DNA from: Xylographa opegraphella
Taxonomy: Eukaryota
NCBI GenBank assembly: GCA_022813865.1
Contig: JALDZX010000004.1
Span: forward strand, 496,001-560,000
Direction: 5' to 3'
Length of the DNA: 64,000 bases
Shown: piece after piece, positions 26,164 through 40,373 of the stretch
Layout: every line of letters begins with the position of its first letter
Numbering within the stretch: the stretch's first letter is position 1
The notes under the pieces: model-generated
The model's database searches: none
What the model was told of the DNA's origin: nothing
Seen by the model: the letters and a program-made list of their open reading frames with translations, nothing else
Program-made: the position numbers and the translations under genes

Positions 26164-28505
26164 TTATTCCTGGTCATCGTCCCATGCACTATCGACTTCC
26201 GCCCAACCTCGGGCCCACCTCCTGCCACCCTTTTCTCCGTTCAGCCTTAACGACCTCGCCTCCTCAGCATCTTCTCTCCACACCCTAGCGCGGAAATCGT
26301 CCCCAACGGTGACCAACTCTCCTTCACTGCTCCAACAGGAACCTGTGATTTCATTGTTATGACCTCGGACCAGAGGCGCCCCGTGTTGATATATCGGGAT
26401 ATCATCTGTAAAATTACTTGAAGGAAACGAAGGAGTAGATGCGGGTGTCAGGAGCTGTTCACTTGGTGAAATACACGACATCTTTGAATTTCGGGGTATA
26501 AATGCACTTCGAGCGAAGTCCGCCGAAGCTTTGGCGGTCATGTAACGCTCGTCTGTAGGGAAGACCAGAGCGCAGCTGTTGCTACTGCCAACAGCCAAAA
26601 GTTCAGATTTATCATCTTTGCCTGGTCTGAGGGCGAGTTTCACATAAAAGGTAGACACGTGCAGCCTGGGATGGCGAAAGCCATAGATCGGGCCTAGACC
26701 CTCTCTATCTATGACACCCGACCGCTTCGATCTTTTGAAGGTAGACCTGGAGTCAAGTTCTGGCGCCGATCCTAGGATCAAGTGGGTAGTGGAGTGAACA
26801 TAAATGGTGTTATCTCTGCTTAAGGTGTAAATCCTGCCACTGGCTTCGCTTAGCACCATCGACGTGAGACCGTACTGGCGATGTCGAGAATGGCTTTCGG
26901 GTTGGCGAGTAGTAGAGACCGGAACTGCATGTCCACGACGGAGATTGTACGTTGTACGTAGATCCCACAGCTTGACACAAGAAGTACCTTCTGAACCGGT
27001 GAGTAGTAAATGTGGGTGTGACTCCCCGAGAAAGGCAAGACTGGTGATTGATACATCACCTCGACGAGAACACACTGCCATCGATTCGGGTCTGTTTGGA
27101 GATTCCAAAATACGGCTAGGGTTGAGGTTAGGCGGGACTATTGCACCTGAATTATTGCGAAAGGCGTGAGCATCATAGATACTATTGATTGGGCGTGCCC
27201 ATATCTTACTAGGCACCTGTGAAGCTTTGGATGTTTTATTCTCAATGTTTCCTTCGAACGTAACTTCTCGACGGCCTGAAGGACCATCAGTGCCTTTGCA
27301 TCGAAGGTCCCAAATCTGCACGCTTCCGTCGCGGCTGCTCGTTGCAACAATATTATTTTTACTTCCAGGCTGGAAGCAAACTTGTTTCACGGATGATGAG
27401 TGACCAGCAAGACTGTAGATTGAACGTTGTGTCGGCATATCAATGATCTCGCATGTTTGGTCGCCTGATGCGGTTGCAAGAAGTAGATCATCCGATGAGA
27501 ATGCAAGATCGAGTACCGCATTGGTATGAGGATGAAAAGACAGGTATGTTTTTGAAAAGCCTGGTTCTTTGTCTTTGCCAGACTCAAGCAAGCGGACCCC
27601 CCCTTCTTCATCACCAATAGCGACCAACGAATTGGCTAGTCAATTTTATCAGCAATCACATCGGCAACTATGATCACTGGAGAGAACTGACTGTTGCAAC
27701 TCGCTGTACAGAACGGAAGTGCTCGGCCTAATGTGGAAGCCATATCCATGCACGTATGGACATCGCTCGGTCCACTATAAAAGTTTGCTGTCTCACATCG
27801 CCAGTCTGACTTGTTAGCAGGTTCGTGGGTATACTGAGCTTATCAAACCATACCTGCGCCATAGGCTGTATTCGCAAGCCTTGATGCATTTTGTGGGAGG
27901 TTAAGCTCTCTCCGCGAAACCGTTCCGAGAGCTCCACGAAACCTTGATCTAATGATTGGTATTGGTGAGTCTTGTACGCTGTCGCTTGAGTTCAATTCAT
28001 CTTCGTCAGAGTCTCGACACACGCCATCAACATCATTGTAATCCGTATTCTCAAGTTCCGTTGATATGCTCATACTCCTGTGTCTTATTCTTTTCGATGC
28101 AATCGGCTTCTCGGGTGTTACATCAGGACTATGCAACATCTTTCTCTTTCGCAAATTGGGCACATCTTTGCAACCCAGCAACCCATTTTCGTCAGGATTG
28201 CCTGCCAGGGCATATTCCCCTTTGATCTGTACATGTCTCCTTCCTTGTTTGATATTTCCCGCCGAAGCTGTGATGTCCCCGAGAGCAAGTCGACTTACCC
28301 GGAACCTTGTTCCTCTCTGCAGTAATGTTCTTGGGGTAAAAAAGCGGCCAAAACGCTTCGGGGTAACAGTTGGACTCCTTCGAAGCTTGACATTGGGTTT
28401 GCGTGGAGAGCGACGCACAGGTGGTGACATGGATGTGGGAGCTACCACTGACTCTTGTGAACTTGCAAACTCTCGTGGAGCCCCATGATTTGTAGGAGCT
28501 GCCAT
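26164..28505 (-). CDS. CDT2: WD40 substrate receptor Cdt2/DTL of the CRL4 ubiquitin ligase, 3 exons
   Basis: AIGDEEGGVRL, HTNAVLDLAFS, ATASGDQT, SRDGSVQIWDLR, STFYVK and GHNNEITG WD repeats; two GT-AG introns at about 27636-27689 and 27806-27853. Confidence 0.85.
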
Positions 28506-28859
28506 TGGTGAATATCTGCAGCTTATGTGCCAATATATATGAGCTCCAAAGGCATATGGTGAAAGATATTACGGTGCTTCAAATATGTGGCTAGAGCTGC
28601 CCGTAAGAGGTGAAGTCGCGCTTCGCGCCCTACAAGAATTGGCGCGTCGTAGGATAGGGCTATCAAATAGTTCTAGTCCCAAAAGGGTTATAGCTGAAAA
28701 TGCGGCACGAAGGTAAGGTATCGATAACACTAGGATAGCACACTAGCTGAAAATCACCGCAATATGAATGAAAATTGGCTTTTTGATGATGACTTAACTT
28801 CGACCTTTGTCTGATGAACAATCAAGCTGGGCTCACTGTGACTTGCCGAGTCAGTCATC

Positions 28860-31800
28860 ATGCCGTCTTTCAAGCGAAAAACGGAAACAGAGTCCGGGGC
28901 TCCATCCAAAAAGCAACGGCCCTCCAAACCAGCTAGCTCGGCTGTTTCAATCCTCAAGGACGAGGAACCTGCATTTCCTAGGGGTGGGGCATCTATACTA
29001 ACTCCGTTGGAGCGCAAGCAAATACAGATCAGAGCGAAGCAGGATGTATTATTTGAGCAGAGCACAGGCAAGAAGGTTGGAACCTACGAATCCGAAGATG
29101 AAGAGAATGAAGATGGAGAACCTTTCAAAGAGACGCCCGGCCAAGCTGAGCCCAGGAGGCCATTAACAACCAGTAGGAAAAGACGACAAGTGAACGAAAT
29201 AGCTCGGGGAAATGGTGTCAAAATTGAGGGCCTTAGCTACAAGGTAAGCGCTTGCAGCTTCTGTTAATGAGACTTGATGCTTACACTTTTCCAGCGCTTG
29301 GTCCCCGGTTCTATGGTTTTGGGTCAAGTTTCGCAAATTAATCGATATGATATCGCCTTGACACTACCGAACAATCTCACTGGGTATATACCAATAACCT
29401 CAATCTCAGACAACGTCACCGAGGTTATCGAGGCACTAGCAGCGGCAGATGATGTTTCCAGCGATGGCGGTGGTGATGCTCACAGCACACATGAGGTCGA
29501 TCTCAACTCAATAGTTGCAGTCGGTCAGTATCTTCGTGCGTATGTGTCATCAACCAATGACTCAACTGGTTCTGGGGCCAGAGGCAGGAAACATGTTGAG
29601 CTTTCCATCAATCCGAAACAGGCCAATCACGGGCTGAAACGGAATGATTTGGTTGTGAACAGTATGGTGCAAGCGGTAGTTTCTAGTGTCGAGGATCACG
29701 GGGTGGTAATGAACCTGGGTTTAGAAGACACCACCATTCGAGGATTCATGAGCTCAAAAGAGGTTGGCAATATTCGCAAATATGCTGACCTCAAAGAAGG
29801 CGCAGTGTATCTATGTCTCATTACCGGGCTTAGTTCAAATGGGAATATAATCAAGCTCTCTGCCAGTCCCGAGAAGATTGGTAACGTCAAGAAGAGCAAT
29901 TTTCTCGTTGACGCTCCTAATGTAGATTGTTTTTTACCGGGTACTGCAGTTGAAGTTCTGGTTTCGGAGGTTTTGACATTTGGCCTTGCTGGGAAGGTGA
30001 TGGGACTCCTGGATGTGACAGCAGATGTGATACACTCTGGAGTTGCTTCAAGCGGCAAAGCTTTGGAAAAGAAATATTCTGTTGGTACTAAGATCAAGGG
30101 TCGCGTCCTATGTACATTCCCGGCCTACGAGGAGAAGAAATTAGGAATCTCCCTTCTCGACCATATCATGAGCTTCACTTCGCTGTCGTCACAAAGCGAT
30201 GATAAACCGATCTCGCCTACTACGGCGCTGCGAATGTCGTCAATCGTTGACCATGCACGGGTAGCTAGGGTAGTGCCGGGACTTGGTGTCTTCGTCGACC
30301 TGGGTGTCAAGGGTATTCGGGGATTTGTACACATTTCTCATTTGTCTGACAAAAAAGTCGAGACAATATCTGACACTACAGGATCTTACATGGTTGGCAC
30401 TGTTCATAGAGCACGGATCTTAAACTATAACCCTATGGATGGGCTTTTTCTCGCATCGTTCGAGCAGAGTGTACTTGAACTTCCCTTCCTGAAGCTCGAG
30501 GACGTTGAGGTGGGCCAAATAGTGAAGGGCAAAGTCAGCAAGCTTGTCGTCAACGCTGCCGGTATTGGCGGTGTACTGGTGAGCCTGACGGAGAATATAT
30601 CTGGTCTGGTATCTGAGATGCATCTTGCCGATGTGCACCTCCAACACCCAGAGAAAAAGTTCAGAGAAGGTCTTTCTGTCACAGCTCGTGTATTGTCAAT
30701 CAACTTGGATAGGCGACTCATGCGATTGACTTTGAAAAAGTCGCTTGTCAATAGCGACGCTGCCGTCTGGAGTTCGTACCAGAAGCTTGCCGTGGGTATG
30801 CAAGCTCCTGGGACTCTTATCAACATACTACCAGCTGGTGCTGTCGTACAGTTCTACGGAAATGTTCGAGGCTTTCTACCGGTATCACAGATGAGCGAAT
30901 CCTACATCAAAGATCCCACACAACATTTTAGGGTTGGACAAGTCGTTAATGTGAACATCATATCTATCGATAATGCTGAAAATCGTATGATTGTTTCTTG
31001 TAGAGATCCGATATCTTTTGGAGTCTTACAGCAGAAGGAATTGGCAGAGCTGCAGCCGGGTGCGAAAGTTGATGGAATTGTCTCAGAAAAAACTGCAGAC
31101 GAGATCATTGTCGAGCTTGGTGGCTCTGGATTGAAAGCTTATCTGCCATTCGAGCATCTTGTTGATGGGTCAGCGACAAAGTGCCTCGCAGCTGCTAAGA
31201 AAGTTCGAGTCGGACAAGGTTTGCAAAACCTCATGGTAATCAGCAAGAATGAGATGAAGCGGATCATTAGACTGACAAACAAGCCGAGCTTGATCAGAGC
31301 TCATCAGTCTGGAAGACTACCCGTTTCACTTGAAGAACTCAAAGTTGGTGATGAAGTATTTGGATTTGTCAAGAATATAATAGCAACAGGTGTATTTATA
31401 CAATTTGCTGGTGATCTTACAGGGTTTTTGCCCGCAAAATATCTTGGAGACGAAGCCAGCGGACCACCAGATTTTGGTATGCGTCATCAGCAATCCATCT
31501 CTGCCAAGGTTCAATCGATAGATCACAGGCAGAACCGCTTCAGCCTGACTCAGAAACCAGTTTCGGCCAACGATACAGCCACAAACAATAGCTCTGCCGT
31601 TGACCTCCATCTTCCAGACCGAGCTTTGTCAAACCCTATCGACAAATTATCGGCGTCTATTGATGACTTCACTCTTGGCAAATTGACCAAAGTCAAGATC
31701 GTTTCTATCAAGGAGACACAGATGAACGTGCAACTGGCAGATAGTGTTCAGGGGCGTATCGATGTATCTCAGATTTTCGATACTTGGGAAGATATCAAAG

Positions 31801-34313
31801 ACCGGAAGCATCCACTGAAGTCCTTCAATACAAAGCAAATACTCTCGGCACGTATCCTCGGCGTTCATGATTCAAGGAATCATCGTTTCTTACCCATAAC
31901 GCATAGCAATAAAGCTCCAGTTTTTGAATTATCCGCAAAGCCGACAGATCAGACCGAAACCGAATTGGACATACTGACGCTTGACAAGGTTCGACAGGAC
32001 TCGTCGTGGCTGGTTTTTGTCAACAACATTGCAGACGATTGTCTTTGGGTCAACCTCTCCCCAAATGTCCGCGGCCGCATCCGTATAATGGATGTATCTG
32101 ACGATGTGTCACTTTTGGCTGATCTTGCCAGTAATTTCCCTGTCGGCTCTGCATTACGAGCCCGTGTCGTGCACGTCAATCCAGTGAAGGACCGGCTCGA
32201 TCTGTCTGCCAGATCGGGAGCGCCCTCCGCGATGATGACAATGAAAGATCTATCCATGGGCATGGTAGTACCTGGTAGAGTGACAAAGGTCACAGAGAGA
32301 TATATCATGGTACAATTAAGTGAGCAGCTTTCAGCGCCTGTGCATCTTGTTGATATGGTGGACGATTACGACACAGCCAACCCTACGGTTTACCAGAAAA
32401 ACCAGACCGTGCGTGTTTGCGTGTCTAACATAGATCTCTCGAATAAGAGGATCACTCTGTCGGCAAGGCCCTCCAAGGTTCTTAGCTCTTCATTACCCGT
32501 CAAAGATCCGGAGATCACTTCGGTGACTCAATTGAAGGTCAATGATGTTGTCCGGGGCTTTGTCAAGAATGTTGCAGACAGCGGAGTTTTTGTGACCTTG
32601 TCAAGCAGTGTGACGGCCTACGTCCGTGTCACTGATCTTTCAGACTCTTTTATCAAGGACTGGAAATCCGACTTTCAAGTGGACCAGTTGGTTACCGGAA
32701 AGATCATCGCCGTTGATCCTTTGTTGCACCATATTCAGATGAGCCTTAAACGATCGGTCCTTTCAAAGGACTATAAACCTCCGTTTACATATGCCGATGT
32801 TCTAGTAGGACAGATTGTTACTGGGAAAATCCGTAAGGTCGAAGACTTCGGCGTCTTTATTGTGATAGACAACTCTGCCAATGTCAGCGGTCTTTGTCAT
32901 CGTAGTGAAATCGCGGAAGAACGTGTGGACAATGTCCAGGGACTTTATGAGGACGGTGATTCAGTGAAGGCAAAAGTATTAAAAGTGGATTTAGAGATGC
33001 GGCGCATATCGTTTGGCCTGAAGGCGTCTTACTTTGCTGAGCAGGATACAGATAGCGACAGCGACGATGGGGACAGCGACAATATTGGGGGCGTACAATT
33101 CGTTGATTCCGACGAGAGATTGGTGGAGTCACAGACGAGGACTGGGCAACCTAATCTAAGACATCCAGAGGACGTGCACAGCAACAATATGATGACGCAG
33201 GGTAGAGACTCGGGGATAGAAGTCGAACCTGACATTCCGAATGGCGCAACTGCACAGAAAGTGCAACCGACACAAGGGCTCAGTACCAGCGGATTCGATT
33301 GGAGTGGTGGCATGATGGATAGGAATGAGAAAGAAATGCAGTTCGACACAGACGGAGAATTGCAGCCACGGAAGAAGAAGCGTAGAAAGGCTGAACTCAA
33401 GATAGACAAAACTGGCGACCTTGATACGAATGGTCCTCAATCGGTTGCCGATTTTGAGCGTTTACTACTGGGTCAACCGAACTCCTCCTTCCTCTGGTTA
33501 AGCTACATGGCGTTCGAATTACAGCTTAGTGAAGTCTCGAAGGCCAGAGGAATCGCCGAGCGCGCTATCAGAACCATCAATCAGGGCCAAGATACTGATA
33601 GTGAATTGCTCAACGTTTGGGTAGCTTATCTCAACCTGGAGAACACGTATGGGACTGATGAAACGGTCGAAGAGATCTTTAAACGTGCCTGTGAGTACAA
33701 CGACCCCGAGGAGATACATAGTCGCCTGGCCAGTATTTATATTCAGTCTGGTAAAAATGAGGTAAGGAGATGAAGGGCTCAACCTCGTGTGATGCAGAAG
33801 CTGACATGGAGACAGAAAGCAGAGGCGGTGCTGCAAGTTATGGTGAAGAAATTTTCTCAAGACCCAAAGGTTTGGCTCAATCATGCAACCTTCCTCTTCG
33901 ACACTGTGGCCGCTCCCCAGCGGGCGCGGGATCTGCTACCTCGGGCATTGCAATCGCTGTCAAAACACCACCACGTCGACCTGACATCGAAGTTCGCACA
34001 AATGGAGTTTCGATCGGCGAATGGGGATGCGGAGCGAGGGCGCACGATCTTCGAAGGGCTTCTCATTACCTTTCCCAAGCGCCTCGATCTATGGAACGTC
34101 ATGCTCGATCTGGAGGTTAAAGCAGGGGACAAGGACCAAGTTCGACGGCTATTTGGAAGGGTAACCTCGAGCAAGCTGAAGCCAAAGAAGGCAAAGTATT
34201 TCTTCAAACGGTGGCTCGAATTCGAGGAGAAGGAGGGGGATGCTCAGAGTTGCGAGAAGGTCAAGGCGAGAGCAGCGGAGTATGTGCGCCATCAGGACGT
34301 AGAGAAGTCATGA
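28860..34313 (+). CDS. RRP5: rRNA biogenesis protein Rrp5 (S1 repeats plus C-terminal HAT/TPR); introns 29244-29294 and about 33762-33815
   Basis: FPRGGASILTPLE at the N-terminus, many S1 domains, PQSVADFERLLLGQPNSSFLW, ERGRTIFEGLL, YFFKRWLEFE. Confidence 0.97.
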
Positions 34314-35197
34314 TTGGTTTGCTTGGTTGTAAATACGAAATCTTTTATCCCTTGATATTGATCAATATAAGAACTTTATTGCAGAGGAGTCTCGAGGAAC
34401 ACTACTACACTGGCATTATGTGAGTGTACACGCAGTCACCCTACCTAGGTACGAAGATGGCCCCGTCAGCCCCATTGAAGCTTTCGTGCTGCATCCCTGC
34501 AAGCGGCTGTTTCTCTAGCAATCTATTTCCTTATGCAGACACTACATCTTGGCCATGGCTCCACGCTCCGCAATATCTGGCCCGGAGTGTCTTACAACAA
34601 TGTACGGTTCCGGTTTCTTCCGTAATTAGAGTCCATGGAGAGCTCATACCTATTTGTATGACGAATACGCTGCCTTGCAATTATCATTTGCGAAACAGTT
34701 GGCAGCTAGAATAGAAACCTCGGCATTCTACATACTCGTAGCTGTTCCATAAATCGGCGACCCTCGACCCATAAGGTATGAATAGCCAAGTCGACGGTGA
34801 TGAAGTACCTTGGTCTTTTGTATCGCAGAGCGATCCTGCTCAGTCACAAGCCTTCCTTCCCATGAATGCCGTTCGTGGTTATGCCTGCTATTGTGACACG
34901 AGTATGATAACGTATCATAGCATGTTGCACGACGTCGGCGCCTCAAAAGCAATAGCAGTATGAAAATGCACGTTTTAACTACCAGCTGTCATAGTGACTA
35001 TAATTCTATCAAGTGGAACGCACGTCCCTTCCCCTGCCCCCGGTTCTTCGCCCGTTACAAGTCGTATGCTCCAACAGGTGGACAAATCCCCTCCCCATTT
35101 CGCCACCAGCTTTTCAAACACAAAACCGCATAACAATATCCCATTGACAGGTTTGCCTCCACAGATGCAGCCACCTTCCAGCCTCCCGAAAGCCTTT

Positions 35198-36730
35198 TCA
35201 GTCAAACTGCGAAAAGTCCAAGGGCACACTACTTCCACGTCCAGCACGGTACTTTTTCGGGAAACCGATGAACTCTCGAGGTTTCGGCAGCTGGCTTTCA
35301 TCCTGGAATTTGAATCTTGTATCCTCGATTCTGATGGGGCCATTTTGACCTAACGGACTTCTCAGTCCTAACGTTCCATTACTGTGGTTCGGGGGACCAC
35401 TTGAGAGCGTGTAAGCACTAGGATCTAACGGGGAGCGCATTGGCTGCTGCGAAGAAGGTCGACTGATCGGTGTCGGCAACTGCGAGGGTGATCGACTGGG
35501 AGGGGCTGATGTTGGGGGCGGCGGAGGAGCTGATGGCCTTGACAAAAGTTGAGGCGGAGATGGCGCCCGAGCTGGTGGTGCTGACGGAGGCGGTGTTGGA
35601 GGTAATGCTGGTGGTGGCGGAGCAGGGGAGGAAGGAGGTGCGGGAGAGATACGTTCATTTCCAAACGCGTTCCTGGCTGCCTGCATTGCTAGAGACGGTT
35701 CGTGATGTCCATTCGTGATTGGCGTAGGGGGCGGAGGGGGGGTGGATCTGGTCGGAGGTGGTCGTGGAGCGGACGTTGGAGGAGGCGGAGGAGCTACTGA
35801 CGGGGATGATATAGATGGTGGCACAGGTGGAGCAGTGCTGGAAGGTTTTCTCGAAGTTATAGGAGGTGGTGGCGGTCGTCCGCCGGGTAATGGCGGGGGA
35901 GCTCTAGATAGAATAACATCTTGAGAAGATTGAGTCGAGCGTAAGGGAACATCAGAGAACGGCCGAGGCACCAGTTTTGCTGGAGCTTTGCGCAAATTGG
36001 CGACTAAAGGATTGGTTGATTGTGGAGGTGAGGACTCGGTGGTTTGTGGTGGAGGTCGTAAAGCACTTATTCTCGGTGCAGGCGGTGGCTTTGGGGCAGA
36101 AGAGGTGGGTGGCTTAGGCGCAGAAGATCCAGGCGGTCTCGGTGCGGTAACCCGCGAGCTTTCAGGATCTGAAGCATAAGATGACCCAGGCTCTGCTCCC
36201 GTGTCTACTCCTCCGCCTCGCTTTTTCAGTTTAGGAATTCCTCCAGCAAAAAGTGCTCCAAGCTGCGGAGTCTCGGCTATACCGGCTGCAGTTGATCCTC
36301 CACCTTGATCACTATTGCTCCGAGCACGATTGGGACTGCTTTGACTAGTCGGAGTAAGGCCACCGGGCGGCTTCGGTATTGGAGGAGCGCCTGCGATTGG
36401 GGCTTTCGATACATTCCCAGCTTCCTTCCCTATTATTGGAGCTGAGCGATCATTCGTGACTGCTTTCTTGAGCTTGGCGCCTTTGGTTATGTCCGTGAGA
36501 AGTGCACCCTGTCCATATAATCAGTCGACATTCTAACCGCTACATCTATTGTGTATTCAAGTGCAAGGCAGCATAGCGCTTGAGGGCACACACCGGAGAC
36601 TTACCCGGTCTTTCGCTACAGCGGGCGGAGGTCGTGCTGGTATTCCTCCCGGAGGAGGCGGTGGTGGTGGTGGAGGCCCTGCTCCGAAACCTGGCGGAGG
36701 AGGTGGAGGAGGTGGAGGTGGGCCCGGCAT
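35198..36730 (-). CDS. VRP1: Verprolin/WIP actin regulator; one intron at about 36509-36604
   Basis: N-terminal polyproline, WH2 motif GALLTDITKGAKLKKAVTNDRSAP, PQLGALFAGGIPKL, C-terminal RFKFQDESQLPKPR..YRAGRGSSVPLD. Confidence 0.92.
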
Positions 36731-37086
36731 GATTTCAGAGTCGTGGTTCTCCCAAACTTGTTCTCTTGTTTAGCTGATTTTTCAGTATTCTATATGACAA
36801 GCGTTTCTCAAGGCGCACGGCGGTGGGAATATAGTAGCTATCTATCTAGAAGGGTTTGAGAAACCTGAAGCAGAATCGAAAATCAACCTTGGCTTGGCGT
36901 CTGTCGGAGGAATTCCGTAGCCTCCGCCGTCATCGCTCTGGCTTCAATATCAGCTAGATTTTGGAGCCAAGTCTTCGACATAACAACGACATTGGCACAG
37001 ATTGCACGATGGGTCCAGGATCCAGACTTCTATATAGGGCACGAATTCAATTCATGCGAGCCAATGGTGGTGTTGACACTATTTGT

Positions 37087-38268
37087 ATGTCGAGAACGAC
37101 TTCTGTTTCGCGTTCGCGTCTTGCCTACCAAGCAATATCAAATACTCCATTCCATCGAGAGAAGCACTCTTATGGAATTAAGCCCAGAGTGACCAATCAA
37201 TCCTCGAGTATCAGTCAGTCATCCAAACACAATGCAGAGCTACAGGCCCTTCAGCGGGTGGATGAGCTTCTTTCTGACGCCCTGAAACCGCTTCAGTCCC
37301 CTACAGCTCCCGATGAAGTATCTGTTGTCGAGTCTCTCGAAACCTGCCAGGGACTAGCAAAGTACTTGAAGAGCATTCATGAGTCCCCCAATGGCGCTGA
37401 GGAAGTGAAATCCACTCCAGCCATGAACCTATTGTTTCTTGACGAGCAAGGCGAGGCACATGGAACTTCTCACTCAGCTGTGAATTTGGCAGCTGCTATC
37501 AGAAATCAAGCTGTGGAGAGACTCTCTGATACAGCATATCAGATTGTAGTCGATCCTAAGGTTTTCATTTCGCCTCAGATATTGGAGATCTATGTGAACA
37601 TACAATCCTTACTTGGTCGACCTGAGACACTTTCTCAGGTTATGTCATTATACGCCAATAAACCCATACCCAAACCTGAATCGGCGCCCATACAATATAC
37701 TGCGGCCAATCCAGCAAGTCTTGCGGCAGCCGTTCCAATCAAAATAGCAAATGAAGCTCTAACAGCTGCGATCCAATCCAAGAATTTGCCACTGTGCCTT
37801 GATATCATCAATACTACCGTGTGTGCTACAGCTTTCCGTCGAACTAAGATTTTTAAGCGGGCTCTGATACCGTTATTGGGATTTTCGCTGGCTCCCCTAG
37901 CTGCCTACACACTTGCTTCCCAAATATCAGTCTATCAAGATACAATGACTCCTGAAATGGCAACGAACGTCGCTTTTGCCGGAATCCTAGCCTACGTTAT
38001 GTTGACAGGTACTATCGGCGTTGTTGCAGTCACGACCGCCAATGATCAAATGGACCGTGTGACTTGGGCAACCGGCACACCGCTAAGAGAGCGATGGCTC
38101 AGAGAGGAAGAACGGGCTATGATTGATAGGGTAGCTGGAGCATGGGGATTCAAGGAGACTTGGAGAAGGGGTGAAGAAGAGGGTCCTGACTGGGCGGCAT
38201 TGCGAGAATTTACTGGATTAAGGGGTATGGTACTTGATCGTGTTGCGCTTATGGAAGGCATGGAATGA
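37087..38268 (+). CDS. Conserved hypothetical membrane protein, possibly mitochondrial
   Basis: Long intronless ORF; R/S-rich N-terminus; two hydrophobic helices followed by TANDQMDRVTWATGTPLRERWLREEERA; start codon uncertain. Confidence 0.75.
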   Translation: MSRTTSVSRSRLAYQAISNTPFHREKHSYGIKPRVTNQSSSISQSSKHNAELQALQRVDELLSDALKPLQSPTAPDEVSVVESLETCQGLAKYLKSIHESPNGAEEVKSTPAMNLLFLDEQGEAHGTSHSAVNLAAAIRNQAVERLSDTAYQIVVDPKVFISPQILEIYVNIQSLLGRPETLSQVMSLYANKPIPKPESAPIQYTAANPASLAAAVPIKIANEALTAAIQSKNLPLCLDIINTTVCATAFRRTKIFKRALIPLLGFSLAPLAAYTLASQISVYQDTMTPEMATNVAFAGILAYVMLTGTIGVVAVTTANDQMDRVTWATGTPLRERWLREEERAMIDRVAGAWGFKETWRRGEEEGPDWAALREFTGLRGMVLDRVALMEGME

Positions 38269-39070
38269 GAACTGGCTTTTCAACACGGAATTATCTTGTT
38301 GGACAGTGGATTATATGAGTTGCCTTCACAACATCCAGACAGGATAAAATGTGGTATAATGTGCCCATGGCACAAGCTGGTCACGATAAGATCTAACTGC
38401 AACAAAAGATCTGTCAATCAGGCGCTCATTCTATATGCAGCGACTGGTTCTTACGAACACGGAATCGCAAAACAGTTCGCTTATTTTCCAGATCTGCAAT
38501 GATAGCAGCATCTGCAGCGAATGCTTCCAGCTTAACATAGGGTTTCGACTGTAAAGGATAGACCGCATTCGGATGTCAACCGAAAGTTCTGAGGGGATAA
38601 TCCTGAGGTCTAATCAAGGACAAAGATGTGGAACAGGCTGATGCCAGAACCCTGACAGAGAGATGAGAAGGATCTAGGGTGGGGGAAACGGTGGTAACCC
38701 AGATGTTTTTTGGTTGGGGGTGAAATTGCCGTTCAATGCTGAGGAGCATTGTCTTCGTCCATTCTTCTGGCTGAAAAGCACAAACTTATCACCCTCTCGG
38801 AGATTCCATAGATATCTGACAGGAACCCGAAAGAGGCTATTCACAATACGACTTCTGTTATCTCAATATAATGGAAGAAAGGTGAGCAGGTAGACATACT
38901 CTTGAATATGCCGCAATTCCAATATGTACCCAGTTCCTGCTCGAAACCGCCGTCCATCTGCGAGGCGCACATCATCGAATGCCGCCATGTTTCTCCATAC
39001 CACAGCGCCACTTCCATCTCGCGGGTGCTGCGAATGCTATCTCCCGTCTGTGATTAAACCCGTATCTTGC

Positions 39071-39425
39071 TCACGAGTGTTTCACCCCCCCAATCACGCT
39101 CCCCCTGACCTTCTCCCAATCAATACTCGCATCCAGCTCTTCCTCCACCAACCCACACACAGCCACGTTCTCCCCTCTTATCAAATACAGCCCGTGGCTT
39201 ACCTCCGCGCTGGGCTCCTCATCGTCCGGAGGCCGGATCACGCGTTCAACAGTCGCGCCGAGGACGAGATTTGTAAGCTGATCGCAGGAGAGGAGCATGC
39301 CGATGAGAGTGCGGCCATCGGCGGTAAGGATGAGGACTTTTTCTGCGGGTGGAGATGTCAGAATAAGCTCGGATGAAGACGGGAAATGAATTGGAATTAC
39401 TGTTGATGAAGGGTTGAAGGGACAT
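39071..39425 (-). CDS. LSM8: U6 snRNA-associated Sm-like protein Lsm8; intron 39343-39400
   Basis: Spliced MSLQPFINKKVLILTADGRTLIG..DQLTNLVL..GLYLIRGENVAVCG..DASIDW. Confidence 0.93.
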
Positions 39426-39809
39426 GCTGGCGCGACAGCGGAGGAACTGGCTGCAGAACTGGCTGCAAAATAAAGAACCGCGTGCGGGGATATCGGCTTA
39501 GCACGACATCGACTGCAGCTTTCCAATCGTGCGGTGGATGAGTAGCGTCCAACACGGCTGGGTTTTGAGTCTTCGTTCCTAGGCACACGCACGGAGCTGT
39601 AACCAGTCCTTCACTGTTTGCGCTGTTACCCGGTAATGGATCGGGATTGCCAGTAACTAACCACCTTAGGGCTGATAATTCAAGCCTCAAACCCTTAGCG
39701 TCGTCTCTCCCAGACGACTCGGTATCAATCCATCTACACAGGTTCCCTAGCAGCAACGCTTCATGAAGCACAACTAGCTCCGTTCCCAACTGTCGCACCC
39801 TCACCAGCA

Positions 39810-40373
39810 ATGTCCCTCGTCCCCCGCTCATTGCTCACCATCGGCGCCCTCCTGCTTATCCACGCGTCCGCTCCCTTTTCCGTTCCTGGTTGCTCAACCG
39901 GCCGCTGATTCACCACCAGCTGCTACTCTGCGCATGAGCACGCCTCCCTCTCGACCTCGTTCTCAACAGCTTCCTCCCATCTTCCCGCGTCGATCATGCC
40001 CTCCTCGCAACCGATATCCTCCTCACTCCCGCTCGACATTTCTCTCGAAACACTTGCGTCTGTGCTACTGATATGTGTGGGCTTGGTGCTGGGCGCGGAG
40101 GAACTACGGCCAATTAGCTGGCGGGTGTGGGCCGGTAGGGTGCAAAGAGGGGAGGGACAGCCAGGCGAGGGCTTTCAGTGGCTGGAGGACGGGAAGAGGA
40201 AGGGATTTTTGGACATTAGGGTGAGTGAAGAGTGCTAAGTTGTGATGCTGAGAGAGGTGTTGTTGAGCGGATAATCAGAATAGGGTCTATGCGTATTACT
40301 GTTTACTGATACGTGCGATTAGGCCCAAAGAGAGGAGTTCGCGAATTGGGTGAGAGGGAAGGATGACAGCTAA
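39810..40373 (+). CDS. EMC5: ER membrane complex subunit 5 / MMgT family; introns 39866-39919 and about 40221-40322
   Basis: Spliced LLLIHACYSAHEH..LPLDISLETL..FLDIRAQREEFANWV. Confidence 0.85.

Noticed and set aside
38500..38780. Possible structured ncRNA (SRP, RNase P/MRP or telomerase RNA) ending in a T6 run
   Set aside because: Some local complementarity, but I found no diagnostic motif or template; more likely 3' UTR sequence. An Rfam scan would settle it.
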